Shown here: one piece after another, positions 27,537 to 35,601 of the stretch | Position numbering within the stretch: position 1 is the stretch's first letter | How the letters are laid out: each line of letters starts with the position of its first letter | NCBI GenBank assembly: GCA_038316435.1 | Contig: JBBQAQ010000002.1 | Span: 22,808-86,807 of the forward strand | DNA: 64,000 nucleotides | Origin: Bacteroidales bacterium | GTDB taxonomy: Bacteria; Bacteroidota; Bacteroidia; Bacteroidales; GCA-2748055 | Direction: 5' to 3' | Made by a program: the position numbers and the translations under genes | Notes under the pieces: model-generated | What the model was told of the DNA's origin: nothing | The model's input: only the letters and a program-made list of their open reading frames with translations | Databases searched by the model: none

Positions 27537-29360
27537 ATGAAGAAATTAATCGAGACTGAAGAATTTATAAAAGCTGCAAAGCTTAATCGATTCGGAGGTG
27601 CAGGAACCGCCCGCATATTGATGATCCTCTTAAGAATAAACAAAATCAATAAGCTGTACTCTGAAATATCCCATTTACAAGGGATTGAGTTTATCGACCG
27701 ACTTATTGATGAACTAAAGATATCTTTCGAAATAAGTGAGGAGGAATTAAACCGAATACCTAAAACCGGAGCGTTTATTTCTGTATCCAATCATCCTTTC
27801 GGGGGAATTGACGGTTTACTTCTTGTAAAAGTCCTCGCAATGGCAAGACCTGATATAAAAGTCCTTGCTAATTTCTTAATGCAAAAAGTCGAACCTGTTA
27901 AAGATTTTATTCTTCCAGTTAACCCTTTTGAAGATCGCAGGGATCTAAAATCTAGTATTACAGGAATTAAAAGTGCACTTAAGCACTTGCAGGATGGCAA
28001 TCCTCTTGGAGTTTTTCCTGCCGGGGAAGTATCCAGCTATAATCAAATGTCTATAGGTATCTCCGATATCGAATGGCAGACTTCTGCACTTAAAATGATT
28101 AAAAAGGCGCAGGTGCCAATTGTTCCTGTCTATTTTCAGGGAAGTAACAGCCGGATATTTCATCTTTTAGGACTTATCCATCCTAATCTTCGGACTGTCA
28201 GACTTCCACATGAGTTGTTTAATAAGAACAGGAAAGTTATTCGCATCAGGATCGGTAACCCGATTAGTGTAAAAGACCAGGAACAGTTTACCGACATTGC
28301 CCGTTACGGCCGTTTTTTGAGAGCAAAAACTTATTCCTTAGGCTCTGCTATTGAAGTACAAAAGTTTTTCTACCCAAGTCTTTTTCGCTTGGGGAAAGTT
28401 GAGGAAATTATTCCGGCCATTGATCCCCTGAAAATAGAAAATGAAGTTAATTCCCTTCGTGAAAAATACATGCTTTTTGAAAATGGGGAATTTCAGGTTT
28501 ACTGCTCTCCATCATTCTGTATTCCTTCAATCATGAATGAATTGGGGCGATTGCGTGAAATCACATTCAGACAGATAGGGGAAGGAACCAATCGTTCAAT
28601 TGATATTGATGAATTCGATCTTTACTATAATCAGCTTTTTATTTGGGATTCCCTTGAGAAAAAAATTGTTGGCGCATATCGGGTAGGAATGGGTAAAGAT
28701 ATCATGCACCAGTATGGTATAAAGGGTTTTTATATACAAAGCCTTTTCAAGATTAATCGTAAAATTTACCACTCGCTTGAAGAGTCCCTTGAATTGGGTC
28801 GGTCATTTATAATTTCTGAGTACCAGAAAAAGCCAATGCCTCTGTTTATGCTTTGGAAGGGAATTCTTTATTTTCTTCTAAAACATCCGGATTACCGATA
28901 TCTTGTAGGCCCGGTAAGCATTAGCAACCGTTTTTCTAATTTTTCCAAGGGGATGATTATAAAATACATAATGGAAAACCATTATAATCCGGAAATCGGA
29001 AAATATATCAAACCTCGTACAAAATTTGTTCCTACTCGTTTTCAGGATGTTGATACCGATATTATTATGGAATCATCCAACGACCTTAATAAATTTGATA
29101 AATTCATAAAGGATGTTGATACCTCCAATTATACCATACCTGTTTTACTAAAAAAGTACCTTAAACTAAATGGTAAAATTGTAGGGTTTAATATCGATCC
29201 AAAATTTAATAATGCTCTCGACGGACTTCTTTTTCTCGACCTGTTCGATGTTCCGATCGAAACCATTTCTTCTTTATCAAAAGAGATTAACGATAACAGC
29301 ATACTTGAGAGGTTTTCATCTTTGGATGTAAATGAGCAAAAAATCCCTGAGGAAGCATGA
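27537..29360 (+). CDS. Bifunctional acyltransferase: N-terminal PlsC-like O-acyltransferase plus C-terminal GNAT/OlsB-like N-acyltransferase (OlsF-like aminolipid synthase)
   Basis: N-terminal acyltransferase motifs SNHPFGGIDG and FPAGEVS. C-terminal half is OlsB/hemolysin-like (ELGRLREITFR...VGAYRVG...ELGRSFI). The domain order equals that reported for OlsF. Confidence 0.7.
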   Translation: MKKLIETEEFIKAAKLNRFGGAGTARILMILLRINKINKLYSEISHLQGIEFIDRLIDELKISFEISEEELNRIPKTGAFISVSNHPFGGIDGLLLVKVLAMARPDIKVLANFLMQKVEPVKDFILPVNPFEDRRDLKSSITGIKSALKHLQDGNPLGVFPAGEVSSYNQMSIGISDIEWQTSALKMIKKAQVPIVPVYFQGSNSRIFHLLGLIHPNLRTVRLPHELFNKNRKVIRIRIGNPISVKDQEQFTDIARYGRFLRAKTYSLGSAIEVQKFFYPSLFRLGKVEEIIPAIDPLKIENEVNSLREKYMLFENGEFQVYCSPSFCIPSIMNELGRLREITFRQIGEGTNRSIDIDEFDLYYNQLFIWDSLEKKIVGAYRVGMGKDIMHQYGIKGFYIQSLFKINRKIYHSLEESLELGRSFIISEYQKKPMPLFMLWKGILYFLLKHPDYRYLVGPVSISNRFSNFSKGMIIKYIMENHYNPEIGKYIKPRTKFVPTRFQDVDTDIIMESSNDLNKFDKFIKDVDTSNYTIPVLLKKYLKLNGKIVGFNIDPKFNNALDGLLFLDLFDVPIETISSLSKEINDNSILERFSSLDVNEQKIPEEA

Positions 29361-30571
29361 TAAGTATAAAAAGTTGCCTTTTCATGTCATTGGTTCTGAC
29401 TGGAATTGATCTAAGCGCTCAAAGCCGGCTGTCGGAAAAGCATATCCATAGAATTCATGAAAAGGCTATAACCATTGACAGTCACACCGATACCCCAATG
29501 TCGTTTCTCAATGAGGAATACTCATTCGCCAACATTCATGATTCATATACCCAAAGGTCTAAAGTTGATCTTCCCAGAATGGAAGCCGGCGATCTTGATG
29601 GTATATTTCTTGCGGTTTTTGTTGGGCAACAACTTAGAGATGAAAAAGGAAATTTTGCTGCGAAACAGGAAGCATTGGAGGTGTTTGATTCGATTCATGC
29701 AAATCTTGACCGGTATTCAAACCGGATAGAATTAGCGCTCGATTCTGATGATATTTACCGAATCAGAAAAAGTGGGAAAAGAGCAATATTTATTGGTCTT
29801 GAAAATGGATACCCGATTGGTAAAGAGATTTCGCTTATTGATACTTTTTTTAACAGGGGAGCCCGGTATATCACACTATGTCATACCTCTAACAATGACA
29901 TCTGCGATTCGTCAACCGACCCAAAAGGATCAGAATTTAACGGAGTATCTGATTTTGGGGCTGAAGTAATCAAAAGAATGAATGAAAAAGGCATCATGAT
30001 CGATGTTTCTCATGCATCCGACAGTTCGTTTTATGATGTCATAAGACTTTCCAAGGTACCAATCATTGCATCACATTCCTGTTCCCGTGCTATTTGTGAT
30101 AATCCCCGTAATATGAGCGACGCTATGCTAAAAGCGCTGGCCGATAACGGTGGAGTTATTCAAATGTGTATTTTAAGTGCTTACGTGAAAACCCCTGTTC
30201 CACAACCTGAAAGGGATTCTGCAAAAGCAGAAGTAAGAATGAAATACGGGGATTATTATTCACTTGATGCTGCAGGCAGAAAAATTTTCCTCGAAGCCTG
30301 GTATGAAGTAGATCAAGATTTTCCGGCTGTTCTCGCAAGTGTTTCGGATGTTGTTGATCATATTGATCATATTGTTCAGGTAGCAGGAATAGACCATGTA
30401 GGCATCGGAACTGATTTTGACGGTGGAGGAGGAGTAGAGGGATGTTTCGATGTGAGTGAAATACAAAACATCACTGCCGAGCTACTTAGAAGGGGATACA
30501 ATTCAAAAGAGATTGAGAAAATCTGGGGTGGAAATCTGCTTAAGGTGTTTGCCGAGGTTGAGAAATACTAA
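29357..30571 (+). CDS. M19 membrane (renal-type) dipeptidase, secreted
   Basis: Signal peptide. M19 motifs IDSHTDTP, LCHTSNN, IDVSHAS, ASHS and GIGTDFDGGG. ATGA overlap with the upstream gene. Confidence 0.9.
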   Translation: MISIKSCLFMSLVLTGIDLSAQSRLSEKHIHRIHEKAITIDSHTDTPMSFLNEEYSFANIHDSYTQRSKVDLPRMEAGDLDGIFLAVFVGQQLRDEKGNFAAKQEALEVFDSIHANLDRYSNRIELALDSDDIYRIRKSGKRAIFIGLENGYPIGKEISLIDTFFNRGARYITLCHTSNNDICDSSTDPKGSEFNGVSDFGAEVIKRMNEKGIMIDVSHASDSSFYDVIRLSKVPIIASHSCSRAICDNPRNMSDAMLKALADNGGVIQMCILSAYVKTPVPQPERDSAKAEVRMKYGDYYSLDAAGRKIFLEAWYEVDQDFPAVLASVSDVVDHIDHIVQVAGIDHVGIGTDFDGGGGVEGCFDVSEIQNITAELLRRGYNSKEIEKIWGGNLLKVFAEVEKY

Positions 30572-30697
30572 TTGTCCCTTAAATCAGATATTGAAGCCCT
30601 TATTGCTTTTTTGGAACAAAATCCTTTGCCGGGCGATTCTTTAGGCAAAGACTGTTACAAGGTGCGAATGGCCATCACTTCCAAACTCAAGTTGTAG
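30572..30697 (+). pseudogene. Remnant of a RelE/ParE-family toxin gene (no start codon, truncated at both ends)
   Basis: Hand translation gives LSLKSDIEALIAFLEQNPLPGDSLGKDCYKVRMAITSKLKL*. It matches the central NP..G..LG...YK.R core of RelE/ParE toxins. The frame begins right at the dipeptidase stop and has no ATG. Confidence 0.45.
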
Positions 30698-30760
30698 GGT
30701 ATAGTCTTAACTAAAACCTTGTTACATCAATTATCAAATCATCTTTCGGTACTTGTGTTA

Positions 30761-30890
30761 CAATGTCGTTGACTTAAGAAATTTTCTGATTCTAAAAAAT
30801 GCCCCACCCCAACCTCCCGAACTCGGGAGGTTGGGGTGGGGCTGATTTTTGAAGATTTCGGACACCTTTAAGTAAACGACATTGAATTGT
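30761..30890. repeat. MITE-like palindromic element, full copy (~130 bp)
   Basis: Terminal inverted repeats CAATGTCGTTGACTTAAG and CTTTAAGTAAACGACATTG. Central 20-bp perfect inverted repeat GCCCCACCCCAACCTCCCGA / TCGGGAGGTTGGGGTGGGGC. A second copy lies at 32739-32828. Confidence 0.8.
30793..30850. terminator. Bidirectional rho-independent terminator candidate inside the element
   Basis: A-tract, GC-rich stem of ~18-20 bp (30801-30842) and T-tract, between the convergent dipeptidase (+) and GH (-) genes. Confidence 0.6.
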
Positions 30891-31016
30891 GTAATCAAAT
30901 TTGTTGAAGTACATCCTAAGGTAATTAATATGAGAATTACAGTTATTAGTGTTTTTTATTTTTCATAACCTTAATCATTGACCCTGATAATGTTGCGTTT
31001 GCGTTCGTTTTAACAA

Positions 31017-32711
31017 TTAGTTAAAATCGTAAACTGTGCAGGATAATGGCGGTACATCTGTACTTATACCAGTAACCGCACTCAAATCAGTACTGCTACT
31101 TTGCAGGTAACTTACACTTTGCGACCACTCATCGATCATTGATGGTTGGTATACCCATCTGGTATTGTTAGCGGGATTGCCAATAAAGTCGGGAATACTA
31201 AGGGAAACAGTTTGTATGCTTTTAGATTTATTGAGAATGAAAACTGACATTCGGGAGAAATCAAGCGAATGACTTATCGTAATTTCTACTTGATTGTTGT
31301 TTAGCTTTGTTTTCTTGTCTATAATTGGGTACAAGTGTTCGGTCAAAAGCTGCAACGTAACACCTACAGGCGAAAGGGAGGTTTCATCCGCACCGGAAAA
31401 AACATTATACGTATTTTCCAGACCGCCATGGTACCAAGTTACCCAATTCATTGTTCCAATCACATTTGCATAGCTACCATACTGAAGGAGCAATTGTATA
31501 TTGTGCAAGCCTTTCCAGATACTATTGTTTTTTGGATTTGCAGGAGCATATGTGCAAAGCGAAGATATCTCTGTTACAATTACCTTGGATGGAATGCTCT
31601 GATCATTCAGATTGTTGCGTGCAGCTAAAAATCGCTCAACCATAATTTCAGTGCTGCCATTCCAATTGAGCATATCCTTGTTTAAAAAGTCAGAATAGTT
31701 CTGCATGGTAGAATATTGGTGTATAACTGCGAAACCCATATTTTGTTTGATCTTTGGCAGAAGTGATTCCCAACGACTGGTATTCCAAAAAGTATTGGCA
31801 CCACATTCAATGGTCGGATCTACTGATTTTAGAAGCGGAACCAACTCGTTGAACACTTCAGCATACGTTGCTGCGCTTGTATTATCGGGATCAAGGTCGT
31901 CTTCGTTGCCAATTTCCCAGTATTTTACACCATATCCTTTGGTTATATTAGCATATGTAACAAAAGCTTTGTGCGCTTCATATAATTCATTTCGTGTCAT
32001 TTTGGGGTTGGGCGTGGACGAATAGGCAGCATATACAGGAAGAAGAACAACTGGTTCGGCACCATTGGCTTTGCATAGAGTAATGAATTCATCAAAGTCA
32101 AGTGCTGGAGTATAATCCCAGCCACTCATGTTATTAGCCATCTGATTTGTTAGCTCTCCATTTCGTTTATAGGTAGTATTCTTTACGGAGGCTGTTCCTT
32201 TAGGTGGGTTGGCGGCATCGAATACAATTGTGCTGCCAAGGTAATATCGCATAAAATGAGGTTTGAAATTCTGAAATGATGAAATCCCAAGATTTGCATC
32301 GCTAAAAGAACTGGTGCTCACACCAATGAGATTACTGCCGTGTTCATGATTTACAAAAATGTATTCGAGAGTAATTTTAATTGTTTTGGCATTGGGTATT
32401 GCCCCATTTTCACCTATAGCGGTTAATGTTACATTATAGTCACCACCCTTTATGTAATCGTGTTGTGGTGACTTTACATCCGAAAAAGGAGTTCCATCGC
32501 CAAAATCCCATAAATAAGTGATAGCATAGATTGAGGTATTGGTAAATTGCACTGAACGAGCTGATTCATCAACCAACTTATATGTAAAAGAAGCTGATGG
32601 GTCAGGGGTTTTAGGTTCATCTTTTTTGCACGATGGCATACCTATGAATAATAAAAGCATTATGATAACAATAGAATATTCTACTTTTTTTAAAGACTTT
32701 TGAATCAACAT
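31017..32711 (-). CDS. Lipoprotein: PKD domain fused to a clan GH-A (TIM-barrel) glycoside hydrolase, family not assigned
   Basis: Lipobox GMPSC. PKD motif (FTNTS...WDFGDGT...YNVTLTA). YWEIGNEDD (Asn-Glu acid/base signature) and VIVTEIS (candidate nucleophile). Confidence 0.75.
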   Translation of the reverse strand: MLIQKSLKKVEYSIVIIMLLLFIGMPSCKKDEPKTPDPSASFTYKLVDESARSVQFTNTSIYAITYLWDFGDGTPFSDVKSPQHDYIKGGDYNVTLTAIGENGAIPNAKTIKITLEYIFVNHEHGSNLIGVSTSSFSDANLGISSFQNFKPHFMRYYLGSTIVFDAANPPKGTASVKNTTYKRNGELTNQMANNMSGWDYTPALDFDEFITLCKANGAEPVVLLPVYAAYSSTPNPKMTRNELYEAHKAFVTYANITKGYGVKYWEIGNEDDLDPDNTSAATYAEVFNELVPLLKSVDPTIECGANTFWNTSRWESLLPKIKQNMGFAVIHQYSTMQNYSDFLNKDMLNWNGSTEIMVERFLAARNNLNDQSIPSKVIVTEISSLCTYAPANPKNNSIWKGLHNIQLLLQYGSYANVIGTMNWVTWYHGGLENTYNVFSGADETSLSPVGVTLQLLTEHLYPIIDKKTKLNNNQVEITISHSLDFSRMSVFILNKSKSIQTVSLSIPDFIGNPANNTRWVYQPSMIDEWSQSVSYLQSSSTDLSAVTGISTDVPPLSCTVYDFN

Positions 32712-32738
32712 AAGCAGTTCTGATTAGTAATTGTAAAT

Positions 32739-32828
32739 CAATGTCGTTTACTTAAGAAATTTTCTGATTCTAAAAAATGCCCCATCGCAACCTCCCCGGA
32801 CACCCTTAAGTAAACGACATTGAATTGT
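32739..32828. repeat. MITE-like palindromic element, internally deleted copy (~90 bp)
   Basis: Same orientation and near-identical ends to 30761-30890 (19-bp perfect TIR TCAATGTCGTTTACTTAAG). It lacks ~41 bp containing the right arm of the GC hairpin. It ends 28 nt upstream of the GH start codon. Confidence 0.8.
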
Positions 32829-32944
32829 AAATAGTGATTTAGTGATATGCATAATGAGATTTGATATACAATTGGCTTAACAAGCCACATCTAAATAATA
32901 CGAAGGCTGGAAAATAGTTTCAATTGTGTTTGCAGTTTAAATTG

Positions 32945-35572
32945 CTACTTTACGGGAAATGGTTTCCCTGATAATTCAATTTCAGTCCCGATAACATTTT
33001 TATTTTTCAAAGCTATTTCATCAGGTTGTTTCCCTCCCACCGAAAGTGAATACCTACCAGGATAAACCATTTTTTTCATGTTTTTATCTATGATAGCAAA
33101 CTGCTGGTTCTTAATTTGAAAGGAAATCTTTTTTGTTTCCCCAGGATTCAATGATACTCGCTTAAATCCAATCAAAGAGCGGATGGCGGTTGTTTCGCCT
33201 TCAATAGCATCTGAAATATAAAGCTGAACTACTTCTTCGCCGGCAACTTTTCCGGTATTGCTAACATCTACAGTTATAAGCAAACTATCGGAAGTTAGCA
33301 AAGGTGAAGGAGCTTTGATGTTCGAATAAGCAAAAGTGGTATAACTTAAACCATAGCCAAATTCGTACAGCGGTGTGCCATGGAAATAGCGGTAAGTGCG
33401 CCCTTCCATCTCGTAGTTTTTAAATTCGGGAATGTCGTTAATTGATTTATAAAAAGTAACCGGTAAACGACCGGAAGGATTAAAATCGCCGAAAAGCAAG
33501 CGTGTCAATGCTGTTCCTGTGGACTCGCCCGGATAAAATGCCTGAACAATTGCTGATAGGTTTTCATTTTCCCAGTTCAGAGCTACCGCGCTTCCTGACA
33601 TATTTATATAAATAATCGGCTTTCCGGTTGCCTTTAATTCTTTCAGTAAATCTTCCTGGATTTTTGGCAGGTTGAGATGGGTTCTGTCGCCACCGGCAAA
33701 TCCATCAGTTTCAATTTTCATTTCTTCACCTTCGAGATTGGATGAAATGCCACCACAGAAAACGATAACATCCGCTTTAGCAGCAGCATCAAGTGCTTCT
33801 TTGTGGTAATCGCGCGAAGTATTTACCCAGGATACGGTAGCAAATTGTTGCTGATGGTTGCTTGCCCACATATATTCTACAACTCGCAGTATTGCTTCAA
33901 ACTTATATTGTTTGCCTTTCTCCAGAAGGATAGGGTTAAAGGAGGTCGGATTGCCATCAATTTTAACCTGTAGATTGCTGGTAAAAATATAGTTGCCTGT
34001 TTTTTCAGGAACCAGAAGCCCAGTCCATTTTACACCGAATGATTCATCAACCACATGATTTATAGGTGATTCAACCCAATAGAAGTCAATGTTTTTATCA
34101 ATCCGGGATATTTCCGGAACACTTGCCAAAGCTGTATCCTGAAAATATTCGCCTTTCAGCCCTTGTATAATTTTTCCGTTTTCGGAATGGTAGAAATTGT
34201 TTTCTCCTATAAGTTCAAAATCAGTAAAAACACCGGGAACAATTGCACAGCCAGGAGTATAAAATACGTTTTTATCGCCCAATCTTGCCTTCAAGGCCTT
34301 GAGTGGTGTTGTCGGATTTATTGGATCGCCGTTATAATTACCGATTAGGATTGTCGGGTTATTGGCATTAGGGCCTATAAGTGCCAGCTTTTTAACGTTT
34401 TTAAGAGGAAGGACCCCATCATTTTTCAATAGCACCAACGACTTTTCAGCCATCTGCTGCGACAATTGAAGGTGTTCAGGTGAGCCTACCACTGACATTG
34501 GTATCTGGGCATAAGGCACCATATTGTCAGGATCGAACATGCCAAGCTCGAAGCGAGCTTTGAATAATCGTTTAATTGATGCATTGATATCACTTTCGTT
34601 AATGACTCCATTTGCTATTGCTTCATCAAGGTGATCTTTTACAAATGCTTCATTCACTTCACAATTGAGATCGGTACCGCTCGAAATTGCCCAACCCCAG
34701 GCCTGGCTGGGCGTTTCGACTACATGATGGCCCATTTTACTATAAAAATCTGTAATAGCTCCGCAATCGGAAACAACGTATCCATTAAATCCAAACTCAT
34801 TGCGTAAGATGTTATTCAACAAAATATCTGAACCGCAGCAGGGTTTGTCGCGGAAACGATTGTAAGCGCACATGATGGATTGTACATTGGCCTCCTTAAT
34901 CGTTGCCTCAAAAGCCGGCAGATATGTCTCGTACAAATCGCGGTCGTTCACATAAATATTATCGGTGTGACGGCTGGGTTCAGGTCCGCTGTGTACGGCA
35001 TAATGTTTTGAAGTGGCGATTACTTTCAGATAGTTGGGATCATTTCCCTGAAGTCCATTAATAAAATTAACAGCCATGCGGGATGTGAGATACGGATCTT
35101 CGCCGTATGTTTCCTGTCCACGACCCCATCTCGGATCGCGGAAAATATTAATATTAGGCGACCAGAATGTTAGCCCCATGTAGATAGATCGGGCGTTACC
35201 ACGGACAAACTCATGGTGTTTTGCCCTGGCTTCGTCTGAAATGGCGTTGCCAACCTGTAGCATTAAATCCTGGTCGAATGTTGCTGCCATGCCTATAGCC
35301 TGCGGAAAAACAGTTGCTTTTCCGGCACGGGCCACACCATGAAGGCATTCGTTCCACCAGTTATAGGCGGGAACACCAAGCCTTTCGATTGCAGGAGCCT
35401 GATTAAAAAGCTGGAAAACTTTTTCCTGAAGTGTCATTTGCGAAACCAGGTCGTCGACTCTTTGATCAACTGGAAGTTTTGGATCCTGAAAAAGAAATTT
35501 ATACTGCTGCTGACTCATTGCAGGCTTGCCTGCCAAAATTAAGCAAAAAAGTAGAAGTGCCGTGATTTTCAT
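32945..35572 (-). CDS. GH3 beta-glycosidase (glucosidase/xylosidase type) with PA14 insertion
   Basis: GH3 motifs KHYAVHSGPE and GYVVSDCGAI (nucleophile Asp context). PA14-like insert (GLKGEYFQD...WTGLLVPEKTGNY). C-terminal Fn3-like domain. 875 aa. Confidence 0.95.
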   Translation of the reverse strand: MKITALLLFCLILAGKPAMSQQQYKFLFQDPKLPVDQRVDDLVSQMTLQEKVFQLFNQAPAIERLGVPAYNWWNECLHGVARAGKATVFPQAIGMAATFDQDLMLQVGNAISDEARAKHHEFVRGNARSIYMGLTFWSPNINIFRDPRWGRGQETYGEDPYLTSRMAVNFINGLQGNDPNYLKVIATSKHYAVHSGPEPSRHTDNIYVNDRDLYETYLPAFEATIKEANVQSIMCAYNRFRDKPCCGSDILLNNILRNEFGFNGYVVSDCGAITDFYSKMGHHVVETPSQAWGWAISSGTDLNCEVNEAFVKDHLDEAIANGVINESDINASIKRLFKARFELGMFDPDNMVPYAQIPMSVVGSPEHLQLSQQMAEKSLVLLKNDGVLPLKNVKKLALIGPNANNPTILIGNYNGDPINPTTPLKALKARLGDKNVFYTPGCAIVPGVFTDFELIGENNFYHSENGKIIQGLKGEYFQDTALASVPEISRIDKNIDFYWVESPINHVVDESFGVKWTGLLVPEKTGNYIFTSNLQVKIDGNPTSFNPILLEKGKQYKFEAILRVVEYMWASNHQQQFATVSWVNTSRDYHKEALDAAAKADVIVFCGGISSNLEGEEMKIETDGFAGGDRTHLNLPKIQEDLLKELKATGKPIIYINMSGSAVALNWENENLSAIVQAFYPGESTGTALTRLLFGDFNPSGRLPVTFYKSINDIPEFKNYEMEGRTYRYFHGTPLYEFGYGLSYTTFAYSNIKAPSPLLTSDSLLITVDVSNTGKVAGEEVVQLYISDAIEGETTAIRSLIGFKRVSLNPGETKKISFQIKNQQFAIIDKNMKKMVYPGRYSLSVGGKQPDEIALKNKNVIGTEIELSGKPFPVK

Positions 35573-35601
35573 AAATGCAGTTGTTTTTGTTGCCTACTAT
35601 G

